A DNA stretch of 59,772 bases. Source: a virus (taxonomy: Duplodnaviria; Caudoviricetes). Shown here piece after piece: positions 46,092-54,594 of this stretch. Position 1 is the first letter of the stretch, and each line of letters begins with the position of its first letter. The stretch spans positions 1-59,772 of the IMG/VR virus record IMGVR_UViG_3300042319_001458. The stretch is one strand, 5' to 3'. The translations under genes and the position numbers were made by a program. The notes below the pieces were generated by a model. The model had not been told where the DNA came from, searched no databases, and was given only the letters and a program-made list of their open reading frames with translations.

Positions 46092-48451
46092 TATTCAGTC
46101 TCCTGCGGGCCCTGACTTTGTAACGATTTTGCAAGCTCAAGTGCGCTACGGCTCTGACGATCTGCAGAGCGATGATGCGAATCAAGTATGCGATCAGCTT
46201 CGCGATGCTCCGATTCTTCGCGCAGCTTGTGAACATCGATGCCCATCTTCATGGCCTTGAGCTCGACATCCTGACGGCGCGTCTCTGCATCCATCATCTT
46301 CGCTTCTGCGTCGACGTTGCGATACTCGCCGTCTTCTCCGCCAGCTTTCGCTTGCGCCTCGATCATCTTTGCTTGCGCCGTTAGCTGTCTTGTCTGCGCG
46401 TCCATCATGCGCGCCTGACCTTCTACCTGCGCCTCTTGCACTGAAGCTTGCGCAACCATGCTCTTCGCGTCGGCTTCCTGCTTGAGGATTTTGATCTCCT
46501 CCATAACCTTCTGCATCTCTGGCGGGATCTGGCCAGCCTGCTCGGGCGGCGCAAGGAATTGCTCTGGATTGCTCCAGCCAATTGCTTTCATCGCAGCAAG
46601 GTCAATCGCCTTCGCGTCATACATTGCAGGATTAGAAGCCTGCAGCTGTTTTAACGCCATCACCTTCATCAGGCGCTGCGTCTGGCTTGCAGTGTTTGGA
46701 TCTGCCTGCGGAACAAGATCGCAATTATTAATTGCTTCAAGAAATGTTGCTTCGTCCCATTGGCGTTTTGGTTTTTTATTTCTTCCCCAGAATGAATCTG
46801 GGTGTTCGCGGAAGCAACGAACCAGCAACTGGAATTCTTCTGCTTGCGCGGTATGCAACCGTTTATGCACGGCGTTTAGGATCTTCGTTGCTTGATCAAT
46901 CAACGCAAGCGTTGTGCCGACAGGCGCGTCGGAGCGCCCCTCGCCGACCTGCAGCTCGCTCGTTGTGCCAACGCGCTGCCCTGTCTCAACCATGTTCAAG
47001 ACAAGGTTCATCAAAGCCTGACCAGGCTCTTTATACGGCAATGGCATTACAGCTTGATTGATTGGCATGCCGCCTGTCTTCACAAGCGCGCCGCCGCCTG
47101 GCGGAACGCGGAATATATTCGTGTTCTGACGCGCGCCAGTATCCGCCATGAGGAAGCCGGGGAAATTCGCATACATGCCGGCGTCCAGCATTTCGCGCCA
47201 TGCGGCAGTAACCGCGTTTGTGGTATTACCCAGAATATGAAGTAGACCAATATCGTAAAAACCCATACCAGGAACAAACTGATACTTGACGAAATTGATG
47301 CGAGCTTCAGGCAGCTCGTTGCCCTCTTCTCCCGTTGGCTCATCGTAGTTCCTCACAATGGAGAGAACCTCCCTCGAGCTTTTATCAATAGTCACGCGAT
47401 ACGGGATCTCGAGACCTGTTACCTTCCCTTTGTATTTGTGCTCGAAGCCAGGAATATCGAGCTCGCAATACACTTCATAAATTTCACGATCGCGATCATC
47501 GGGATTGCGCGCCTCTGCAGAAATTCCTTGCTGATCTGCTTTCTCACGCTGCACAGAATCTTTGCCTTCGTATGAAGGCGTGCCAAGTTCGATGTCGCGA
47601 TAAACGCCAAGGATCTGCAAACGCTTCACAGTGCTTGGGCGCATATAAACGCGATGCGTTATACGCTTCGCGGTTGTTAAGTCTGTTGCTGCGTTATTGA
47701 CGATGAGATCGTCCGCATCGACGGACTCACTAACTGGTCTTCCTCTGAGAGGGCAAAAATAGATTTTCTTAAATGCTGTTCCGCCAAAGCCGAGCATGAA
47801 GAGCATACGATCTGTATCGGGGTAGTATTCCCGAGCAATGGCTGTGAGATAGTGATTGAGATCGGCCTGGAGAGCGTCTGCAAGTTCGTCTTCTTGGATT
47901 GTGTCATCGTCCGATTCCGTTCTTACTTTTACAGGTCCATCGGTCGGCAGCAGTTCGCTGCGCGCATTCGCTTGAAAGCGAAGCACCGCTTCAAGCAATA
48001 GCGGATGGCGAACCTTCGACATGCCTTCAACAGGAGCGCCATCGCTTGCGCCTTGCAAGCCGGGTATCTCGATCTTTAATCCGAGAAGCTTGATGCCTTG
48101 CGCGCGATCTTCAATCCAATCTTGGCGGCTTGTTAAATCGTCTTCAATGCCGCGCAGCATATCGTCCGCGATTGCCGCCAGCTCGCCTTGATCAATATCG
48201 TCGACAAGATTGTTGAACCAGCCTTCTGGATTATCAGGGCCGCACGCGCTCTCTACAGGCTGCCCGTCAAGCGAAACGCTTATTGATCCATCATCATGCT
48301 CAATGCGCAGAATGTTGCCCTTGTCGTCTGTCTCTGGCTTGTCGTGGCCTTGTTCAATCTCGACAAGAATATCTTCAAGGCCGGCGAGGCCGCCACCGGG
48401 CTCCTCCTGCTGTTGGCGGATCGAAGGGTTAAGCCCGGGTGTCAATGGCAT
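46091..48451 (-). CDS. Portal protein
   Basis: 786 aa after the terminase; HPLLLEAV.RFQA.A..ELLP..GPVK, G.AFKK.Y, PG.GFY..GL.H, PVGTTLAL. Confidence 0.9.
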   Translation of the reverse strand: MPLTPGLNPSIRQQQEEPGGGLAGLEDILVEIEQGHDKPETDDKGNILRIEHDDGSISVSLDGQPVESACGPDNPEGWFNNLVDDIDQGELAAIADDMLRGIEDDLTSRQDWIEDRAQGIKLLGLKIEIPGLQGASDGAPVEGMSKVRHPLLLEAVLRFQANARSELLPTDGPVKVRTESDDDTIQEDELADALQADLNHYLTAIAREYYPDTDRMLFMLGFGGTAFKKIYFCPLRGRPVSESVDADDLIVNNAATDLTTAKRITHRVYMRPSTVKRLQILGVYRDIELGTPSYEGKDSVQREKADQQGISAEARNPDDRDREIYEVYCELDIPGFEHKYKGKVTGLEIPYRVTIDKSSREVLSIVRNYDEPTGEEGNELPEARINFVKYQFVPGMGFYDIGLLHILGNTTNAVTAAWREMLDAGMYANFPGFLMADTGARQNTNIFRVPPGGGALVKTGGMPINQAVMPLPYKEPGQALMNLVLNMVETGQRVGTTSELQVGEGRSDAPVGTTLALIDQATKILNAVHKRLHTAQAEEFQLLVRCFREHPDSFWGRNKKPKRQWDEATFLEAINNCDLVPQADPNTASQTQRLMKVMALKQLQASNPAMYDAKAIDLAAMKAIGWSNPEQFLAPPEQAGQIPPEMQKVMEEIKILKQEADAKSMVAQASVQEAQVEGQARMMDAQTRQLTAQAKMIEAQAKAGGEDGEYRNVDAEAKMMDAETRRQDVELKAMKMGIDVHKLREESEHREADRILDSHHRSADRQSRSALELAKSLQSQGPQETE

Positions 48452-48453
48452 GA

Positions 48454-48669
48454 TCAGTTCCCTTTGCCTTCCAAAAGGCGCGTAATATCTTCGGCGAAAC
48501 GCTCGAGGCCTTCGCGGGCGGCCATATTATCATCTTTGCCTTGGATCTCATAGACGCGCACATAATCATGCGGCTCCTTACCCCAGACAGTAACTTTGAA
48601 CTTTCCGAGCCCATGGCCATGAGCTGGAGGAGCGTCGATCACGTCGACGACGGCATTTGCATAAATCAT
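48454..48669 (-). CDS. Hypothetical protein between terminase and portal
   Basis: 71-aa ORF in operon context. Confidence 0.7.
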   Translation of the reverse strand: MIYANAVVDVIDAPPAHGHGLGKFKVTVWGKEPHDYVRVYEIQGKDDNMAAREGLERFAEDITRLLEGKGN

Positions 48670-48680
48670 TTTAGTTCCGA

Positions 48681-50330
48681 TTAAATTGGATAAAGCGGCT
48701 GCTCTTGATCGCTTATATGCATTCTACCCTCATCGAGACCGGCAGTCCATTCAGCGCCGCGGACCAGGAGACCAATCTCGCGCAGGTGTTTTAGCGCCAT
48801 GCTTGCCGTGTCGACCAGGTCGTCATGCTTGCCGCGCGGGAACTGTGCAGCCTGATTGATGACGGCTTCGGCCCATGGGCGGTCCGGAGCATGGATCAGG
48901 CCTTCGGCGAATAGATGCTGAATCGAGTAAAGACGCGCGAGCTTGTCGAGGCCCTTTGGATCAATCAGCTGGACGGCAAACTCATCGTAGCCGTAAACGC
49001 GGCGCAGCTCCTGTGCCACGCTGATGCCGCTCGCCTTGTTTTCGATTAGGAGCTTCTCGACGCCGTAGTTGTCCATGGTCTCTTGGACCTTCTCGATCAG
49101 CTGATGAAGCTCGAGGCGTTCGGCCCACGCATACATGAGCATGCACCGCGGGTGCTCCTCTTTGTATTGGCGATTAAGGATGGCCATCTGCCCGTCCGCG
49201 CCCATCGTCCTGGTGACTACGGCCGTTTGGTCGCCGCCCTTCCAGACGCCCCAGACGGTCATTGCGCTTGGATCGTTTTCGCTTTTGGTTGTGTAGGCAG
49301 TGTCGACCGCGGCGATCACATAATCAAAAGGCGGATAGGATTGCTGCCTCCATGGCGTCCACCATTCGCGCTTGATGACGCCGCCGCCTCTTGGCTCTGG
49401 CGATTGCTGGAACTGTCCTGCGACCGCATAGGGTCCCATAGCGTTTTCATCCCGATCGACCACAACCTCGGGAAAACGATCCGGAAAAATAAGCTCGCCT
49501 TCTTCTGTGCGCGGGTCTTCGAGGCCGAGCATAGTTGGGAATGATCGCCCCGGCTCGTAGCGCATCGGAAGCATAATATGGTCATAGCCAAGGTCCTTAT
49601 CAATAATGACGCCCGATACATCCTCTTCGTGCAGGCGCTGCATGATGACGACGATGGCGCTTTCCATCGGCTTGTTGAGACGTGTCGGGACCGCCTCGAG
49701 GAACCACTCGATCGTGCTGGCGCGTTGCTGATCCGAGTTTGCGCCTTCAACGCTGTGCGGATCGTCGATGATCACGCGGTCGCCGCGTGCGCCGGTGATC
49801 GAGCCGGCGGCGACGGCTTGACGAAAACCTGTCGACGTCAGTTCGAACTTGGTTTTTTGATTTTGATCTTTGGTTATTTGAACGCGATCGCCCCACCGCG
49901 CTTGATACCATTCTGATTCGATCAGCCGGCGCATTTTTGTCGAATCTCGGATTGCGAGATCCATCGAATGCGATGCGCACAGGTAACGCAGGTGCGGCAT
50001 GTTTCTCGGCCCCCATTCCCATGCGGGCCAAAAGACGTTGGTGAGGAGCGATTTCATCATGCCTGGTGGCACGTTAATCAGCAGGCGGTTGTATGGCGTG
50101 CCGTCATCGAGCTCGACGCCTTCGGTTATTGCCTCGAGCGATTCGGCGATTAGATCGACGTGCCAATTGTGAATATATGGAGCGCCTGGTTCGACGATGT
50201 GCCACGCCTGCCTGATAAATTCGGCAAGGCTTTCCTCGCACTCATCGCGGCTGATGCTGGTGAGCGTTTCGATTGCATCGATCTTCTGGCCGAATAATTC
50301 GACGATCAATGCGAGCTCCCTTCTGGCCAA
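48681..50330 (-). CDS. terL: Terminase large subunit
   Basis: INVPPGMMKS (Walker A), IIDDPH (Walker B), IMQRLHEED, DTA, IENKASG, FPRGKHDDLVD. Confidence 0.95.
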   Translation of the reverse strand: MARRELALIVELFGQKIDAIETLTSISRDECEESLAEFIRQAWHIVEPGAPYIHNWHVDLIAESLEAITEGVELDDGTPYNRLLINVPPGMMKSLLTNVFWPAWEWGPRNMPHLRYLCASHSMDLAIRDSTKMRRLIESEWYQARWGDRVQITKDQNQKTKFELTSTGFRQAVAAGSITGARGDRVIIDDPHSVEGANSDQQRASTIEWFLEAVPTRLNKPMESAIVVIMQRLHEEDVSGVIIDKDLGYDHIMLPMRYEPGRSFPTMLGLEDPRTEEGELIFPDRFPEVVVDRDENAMGPYAVAGQFQQSPEPRGGGVIKREWWTPWRQQSYPPFDYVIAAVDTAYTTKSENDPSAMTVWGVWKGGDQTAVVTRTMGADGQMAILNRQYKEEHPRCMLMYAWAERLELHQLIEKVQETMDNYGVEKLLIENKASGISVAQELRRVYGYDEFAVQLIDPKGLDKLARLYSIQHLFAEGLIHAPDRPWAEAVINQAAQFPRGKHDDLVDTASMALKHLREIGLLVRGAEWTAGLDEGRMHISDQEQPLYPI

Positions 50331-50578
50331 ACAACAAGATTGTTTTTCTTTGCGCGGTTGATTGATCGCATGATCGCATCAACAAATAATTTAAATTCTT
50401 GCTGGGCTTCGTCTTCGCTATTCATCACAGAGCATAAGACGCACGCCGTTGTTGAAGCAAGGATCTGCATAGCCATGTGCGCGTCGTGCGATTTTTCTAA
50501 TATCCGTATCAATTCATTCGTCCCGCTTACGATGGCGCGAAGCTCTTCATCTATTTCTTCGTCGCCATTATCGTTCAT
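50306..50578 (-). CDS. Hypothetical protein
   Basis: ATGA coupling to terS; 90 aa. Confidence 0.65.
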   Translation of the reverse strand: MNDNGDEEIDEELRAIVSGTNELIRILEKSHDAHMAMQILASTTACVLCSVMNSEDEAQQEFKLFVDAIMRSINRAKKNNLVVWPEGSSH

Positions 50579-51033
50579 TTTGATTCGACCGCGGCCTGAA
50601 GCGCAGCCTTTAGAACCTGGCGCTGCTCTTCATCTAGGCCGCGTGTGTCGATCTTTGTAACTGTCTCGGTTTTGATTGCGCCGCCATCAGGCCCGCTGAC
50701 TTCTGTTACCTTGCGCTCTGTGTAATCATCGCGGAAGCGCGCCTGCATAGACGTCTTCCAAACGAGCGCGTTAAACTTGTCGAGATACATGCCGCCGCGG
50801 CCTGCTTGCTCCCACCAACGCTGCTCTTCCATCTTCGCACGCGATAGAGCTGTCAGGAACTCTGGGTGATGTTCGCCCCAATAATACAACGTCGGGCGAT
50901 CCGTTTCGCACGCAAGCGCCCACTCGACCATCCCGGCACCTGTTTTGGCGATCTCGACGATCTTGTCGCAATACTCAGGCTTATATGTCGTTGGGCGTCC
51001 TACTGGGCGCTTTTTGGGGGCTTCTTCAGCCAT
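50575..51033 (-). CDS. terS: Terminase small subunit
   Basis: GRPTTYKPEYC...TLY.W...HPEF..AL..AK, SGPDGGAI; upstream of terL. Confidence 0.85.
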   Translation of the reverse strand: MAEEAPKKRPVGRPTTYKPEYCDKIVEIAKTGAGMVEWALACETDRPTLYYWGEHHPEFLTALSRAKMEEQRWWEQAGRGGMYLDKFNALVWKTSMQARFRDDYTERKVTEVSGPDGGAIKTETVTKIDTRGLDEEQRQVLKAALQAAVESK

Positions 51034-51431
51034 CAGAAATCATCCTCGCTTACCATGTTTCGCAACGCTCTAATCTGCTCCCTAAATGCATCGGCCTGCT
51101 TGCGCAAATCGTTTACGACATCCTCGAGCGCATTGAGTTGTCTTTTAACATAAGCAGCCGGATCGTCGTTATACAGGTCCGTTTGCCTTGCTGTATCGAT
51201 CACATCGTCATCGTCTACGTCTTCTCCATTAATCCATTTCCAATCGTCTGGGCTCAGTCCGAGAGCTATTGGAGCGTTTACTGAAGTTCCGTTTTGAATC
51301 AGATTTTGTTTCCATCCCTTTTTAAGTGGATGGGAAAGGCCGAGATAGGACACTGCTTGGCTTGTCCAAGCTCCATTGTTGAGCCCAAAATATCTTTCTA
51401 TTTCCTTCAATTCTTCGTATGTAAGGCGCAT
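51033..51431 (-). CDS. Hypothetical protein
   Basis: GAWT..A...LG...PL.KGW; C-terminal coiled coil. Confidence 0.7.
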   Translation of the reverse strand: MRLTYEELKEIERYFGLNNGAWTSQAVSYLGLSHPLKKGWKQNLIQNGTSVNAPIALGLSPDDWKWINGEDVDDDDVIDTARQTDLYNDDPAAYVKRQLNALEDVVNDLRKQADAFREQIRALRNMVSEDDF

Positions 51432-51432
51432 A

Positions 51433-51576
51433 TCAATTACAATTCCTGGGTTGCGTTACAGTGCAGTGAAATAGATATTTCGCTGGAGCCGCGCATCCTG
51501 CCAGGAAGGAAACTCCTACCAGAATGAAGCTATAGGTCGCAGCCACAGCCAACGCCCGCACTGTAATTTCTTTCAT
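51433..51576 (-). CDS. Small lipoprotein (47 aa, not in the ORF track)
   Basis: MKEITVRALAVAATYSFILVGVSFLAG-CAAPAKYLFHCTVTQPRNCN; LAGC lipobox; fills the gap exactly. Confidence 0.65.
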   Translation of the reverse strand: MKEITVRALAVAATYSFILVGVSFLAGCAAPAKYLFHCTVTQPRNCN

Positions 51577-51597
51577 AACACTGTCCCCTTAAAAGTG

Positions 51598-51632
51598 TTT
51601 CACCCCGAGATGATAACATACTCGGGGCGATT
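51598..51632 (-). terminator. Stem-loop after gapR (terminator or processing site)
   Basis: CACCCCGAG/CTCGGGGCG arms. Confidence 0.5.
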
Positions 51633-51642
51633 TGTTTATTTT

Positions 51643-51945
51643 TTAAAAATCGTCGTCTGCGTCGACTGGGTTACTCTTTGCGCGATCCATTGCCGCCTTT
51701 CCCAGGGGGGTGTCCGCCAGCATGCCCAAAGCATCCATATAGACTGCCAGAAGAGCTTGCTCCTCGGCCCTCTTGGCAGCATCCTGCTTACGAAGAGCAA
51801 CGATCTTTTTAATAATTTTTGGGTCAAACCCATTTACCTTGGCCTCGACGTAAACTTCTTTGATGTCATCGGCGATTGCTGCTTTTTCTTCCTCGAGCTT
51901 TTCGATTCGCTCAACAAGCGCCTTGATCTGGTTGTTGGTTACCAT
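51643..51945 (-). CDS. gapR: GapR-like (DUF2312) nucleoid-associated protein
   Basis: QIKALVERIEKLEEEKAAIADDIKEVYVEAKVNGFDPKIIKKIVALRK.D...EE.A.L..Y..ALGM. Confidence 0.93.
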   Translation of the reverse strand: MVTNNQIKALVERIEKLEEEKAAIADDIKEVYVEAKVNGFDPKIIKKIVALRKQDAAKRAEEQALLAVYMDALGMLADTPLGKAAMDRAKSNPVDADDDF

Positions 51946-52132
51946 TTTTCAGTCCTTCCTCAATTTGATGGCAGATATGATTCGCCATGTGCCAGCAATA
52001 GTCACAGGTCTCGAGACAGGGTTCCGTAGGGTCTGCAGCCGTTACACTTCCATATCCATCTCGATTTCGATTTATTGTGGCCCCGAAGGTGCAAACCCCA
52101 CGAGCAACAATTTTTCTTAAATTTACGTCCAT
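51911..52132 (-). CDS. Small Cys/His-rich hypothetical protein
   Basis: Probable start MDVNLRK; C...PC..CDYC.H..H.C. Confidence 0.5.
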   Translation of the reverse strand: MDVNLRKIVARGVCTFGATINRNRDGYGSVTAADPTEPCLETCDYCWHMANHICHQIEEGLKNGNQQPDQGAC

Positions 52133-52144
52133 GTCAATTTTTCC

Positions 52145-52204
52145 GCTTGACGTATGAAGAAACTTCACTATTATACGAATCACTGATTGATATTGAACTG
52201 GAGA
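52145..52204 (+). promoter_or_regulatory. Early promoter copy 1 with spacer palindrome and GANTC
   Basis: TTGACG (52147), TGAAG-AAA-CTTCA (52155-52167), TATTAT (52169), CGAATCA (52176-52182). Confidence 0.8.
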
Positions 52205-52210
52205 CTGACA

Positions 52211-52522
52211 ATGACAAACGCTTCAAACACCGCCGCTCTCGCCGATGCCTACGCTGCTCTTAAGCACGAGGAAAACTCAATCAAGGCTCGCCTCGAGACT
52301 GTCAAGGCCGAGATCCTGTCGGTTGGCGACAAAGAGATCGTTGGCGACACCTGCGTCGTTGCAGTCGTCGACAAGAAAGGCGCTGTATCGCTCGACAAGG
52401 ATGCTGCGATCTTGCTGCTCCGTCAGCTGGGCGCGACCGACGAGCAGATCGCTTCGCTCAACAAGGTTGGCAAGCCTACGCAGGCTCTGCAAATCAAAGC
52501 CAAGCTGGCGCTCGCAATCTAA
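52211..52522 (+). CDS. Hypothetical early protein
   Basis: GGAG SD; strongly biased codons; first gene after the promoter. Confidence 0.8.
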   Translation: MTNASNTAALADAYAALKHEENSIKARLETVKAEILSVGDKEIVGDTCVVAVVDKKGAVSLDKDAAILLLRQLGATDEQIASLNKVGKPTQALQIKAKLALAI

Positions 52523-52625
52523 TGCGAGCCCTCTGGCTGGTCCTCACAACATTGGCGGGCACGTTGATCGTGCCTGCTCTGTCCCTAGCAACGCTGTATA
52601 TTGTTTATCATTGATGGAGATTGAT

Positions 52626-52841
52626 ATGATCACTCTGACAAAACCAATTCCAGATAGTCCTTTACATGATTATGATGACGATACCATCAAAGCAATGATC
52701 AAATTTTGGCGCAACGATATGGAACTTGAACCAGACCAAACAATTTCTCCTTTAATGTATAAAAACTTAATCGATAATGCTTACAAAGTTCTTGGTTATA
52801 GATGCGCTATTCAATACCTAGAAATGTATGGAGACGAATAA
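52626..52841 (+). CDS. Hypothetical early protein
   Basis: GGAGA-TTGAT-ATG start. Confidence 0.7.
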   Translation: MITLTKPIPDSPLHDYDDDTIKAMIKFWRNDMELEPDQTISPLMYKNLIDNAYKVLGYRCAIQYLEMYGDE

Positions 52842-52842
52842 A

Positions 52843-53043
52843 ATGAGTATGGCAATCTCAAATAAACTGTCGGGCTTTTATGTTTCTAGTTTGCCAGTTG
52901 TCTTTGCCGGCGATTTACTAATGATTGGCACGATGGTGCTTGGCATGGGCATTTATTTTGAGAACGCTTCAACAATCTTTTTTGGCCTGTATGACATAAC
53001 GCTTGGCGCAATCTTCGTTAAAAACACAATCAAGGAGAGTTGA
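52843..53043 (+). CDS. Small membrane protein
   Basis: Two hydrophobic stretches. Confidence 0.55.
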   Translation: MSMAISNKLSGFYVSSLPVVFAGDLLMIGTMVLGMGIYFENASTIFFGLYDITLGAIFVKNTIKES

Positions 53044-53044
53044 T

Positions 53045-53494
53045 ATGGGAACTCGCGCTGTATATTCGTTCAACGATGGTGACGATAAATTCCACGTCTA
53101 TAAGCACTGGGATGGATACCCAGAAGGCGCTGCACTTTTCTTCATGAATGCTATTCCATACGCATGGGGCGGCACTCGTTTTGAGGCAATGGATTTTGCC
53201 GCAGCATTTGTTGCTGGAAACAAAAAAGAAGGCGGTGGCGACGTCTACTTTACCAAGGGCCCGAACCGTCATGGTGATTTAGAGTATATTTATGAGCTTT
53301 CTCAAAACAGTCTTGGTGGCCTAATGATTAAAGCTTACAGCGTTAATTGGGACGAAACCAAAAACAAAACCGTGAAAAATAAAAAGCCAATGTTCAGCGG
53401 ATCTCTATTTGCATTTATCTCTAACTATGGCGACGAAGAAACAAGAAAACGCGCCGAGGAACAGTGGCTGCCGAAAGAAAAACAGGCGGCGTAA
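53045..53494 (+). CDS. Conserved phage early protein
   Basis: MGTRA...YKHWDGYPEG...EYIY. Confidence 0.8.
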   Translation: MGTRAVYSFNDGDDKFHVYKHWDGYPEGAALFFMNAIPYAWGGTRFEAMDFAAAFVAGNKKEGGGDVYFTKGPNRHGDLEYIYELSQNSLGGLMIKAYSVNWDETKNKTVKNKKPMFSGSLFAFISNYGDEETRKRAEEQWLPKEKQAA

Positions 53495-53496
53495 AT

Positions 53497-53522
53497 AAAA
53501 GGGGGTTCGGCCCCTTTTTTAT
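53497..53522. terminator. Bidirectional-type terminator
   Basis: AAAGGGG-GTTCGG-CCCCTTT followed by a T-run. Confidence 0.75.
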
Positions 53523-53532
53523 TTTACACCAT

Positions 53533-53594
53533 GCTTGACATGTGAAGAAACTTCATTATATTACGAATCATAGATTGATATGGAGGTTGATATG
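53533..53594 (+). promoter_or_regulatory. Early promoter copy 2 with spacer palindrome and GANTC
   Basis: TTGACA (53535), TGAAG-AAA-CTTCA (53543-53555), TATATT (53557), CGAATCA (53564-53570). Confidence 0.8.
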
Positions 53595-53795
53595 AAAATC
53601 ATCACTTACCAATGCGATTGGACAAACGAGTGGATCGCTTTCGACGAAAACTATGCCGATGACTTTACGCCTCACGGTGTAGGCTCGACCATCGGCGCAG
53701 CAATTGAAGACCTAAAAAACATCATGGAGCAATACTTGGATTCCGAAACTAAATATAACGCATGGCTTGCTGACTTTTTATCTTATGGAGCTTGA
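53592..53795 (+). CDS. Small acidic early protein
   Basis: GGAGG-TTGAT-ATG; W.A.D.NY......G.G.T...AI.DL. Confidence 0.75.
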   Translation: MKIITYQCDWTNEWIAFDENYADDFTPHGVGSTIGAAIEDLKNIMEQYLDSETKYNAWLADFLSYGA

Positions 53796-53796
53796 T

Positions 53797-54039
53797 ATGA
53801 CCAAACAACCTAAACCAGACTTTATCGTTCACGCAGGCGAGTGGGCAACTGTGTGGCAATTCCAGCCTGTATCAAAGCAGGCTTTGGATCTGCTTGAAGA
53901 GATCCACATTGAGGATTGGCAATGGACTGGCAACGGCATGTTTGCCGTTGATCATCGCCCTGCACGCGATCTTGCTCGCTACATCGTCGGCGAAGGCATG
54001 ACGGTGTTTCACCCTGAGTATGGATATTTTGGAGGTTGA
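53797..54039 (+). CDS. Hypothetical early protein
   Basis: GGAG-C-TTGAT-ATG start. Confidence 0.75.
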   Translation: MTKQPKPDFIVHAGEWATVWQFQPVSKQALDLLEEIHIEDWQWTGNGMFAVDHRPARDLARYIVGEGMTVFHPEYGYFGG

Positions 54040-54043
54040 TATC

Positions 54044-54373
54044 ATGGATCAAAAACGCCCATACATCCTCGCGTCAAACCAGCTGTGCTACGACGCCAAC
54101 CCAACGCTATGGAATACATTTTGTGCACTGACTGGCCGACCTATCGGCCAGCCTAATTATAATTGGACTGAACAAGATGTTGTTGTCGCCATGCTTGCAA
54201 GAGGATTAAACAAAAATGACGCCGGAAAAAATGATTCAGATAATGGACAGGCAGGGAATGTCGAACCAGGACGTAGCTTCAATATCAGGCGTGACGTATC
54301 GTCAGGTAATGTCATGGCGGTCAGGCCAACATCCAGTTCCGATGATGCTGTCCTTTTTGTTGTTGGCTCTTGA
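54044..54373 (+). CDS. Hypothetical early protein (C-terminal half overlaps the HTH gene)
   Basis: GGAGG SD. Confidence 0.55.
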   Translation: MDQKRPYILASNQLCYDANPTLWNTFCALTGRPIGQPNYNWTEQDVVVAMLARGLNKNDAGKNDSDNGQAGNVEPGRSFNIRRDVSSGNVMAVRPTSSSDDAVLFVVGS

Positions 54374-54440
54374 CGAAGGCGCATTGAGTTCAGACTGGCT
54401 TGTGTCAGCACTGGAAAAAGAATTAATAGAACGCACATAA
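54216..54440 (+). CDS. Cro/XRE-like HTH protein
   Basis: MTP......GMSNQDVASISGVTYRQVMSWRSGQHPVP; GAGG SD. Confidence 0.8.
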   Translation: MTPEKMIQIMDRQGMSNQDVASISGVTYRQVMSWRSGQHPVPMMLSFLLLALDEGALSSDWLVSALEKELIERT

Positions 54441-54442
54441 AG

Positions 54443-54471
54443 AAAAAGGGGGAGGTAAGTTGCCTCCCCCT
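54443..54471. terminator. Terminator between convergent early and replication units
   Basis: AGGGGGAGG-TAAGTTG-CCTCCCCCT with an A-run (U-tract on the minus strand). Confidence 0.65.
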
Positions 54472-54594
54472 GCACACATAGGTGTCACGCGATGTGTGTA
54501 TTTCTGTCTTTTCGATTCAGAGCTCCATTAAACGAAAATAATCACGCCATTTAATAAATATCACAAGGCAGGCGTGATAAACCTTTTGTGATTC

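Noticed and set aside
51440-51570. tRNA or ncRNA suggested by the TTACAGTGC/GCACTGTAA inverted repeat
   Set aside because: No cloverleaf or T-loop; the interval is fully explained by a lipoprotein ORF.
52245-52625. 198-aa ORF 52245-52841 as one gene
   Set aside because: Its first two thirds shadow the 52211-52522 gene; the SD-supported start is 52626.
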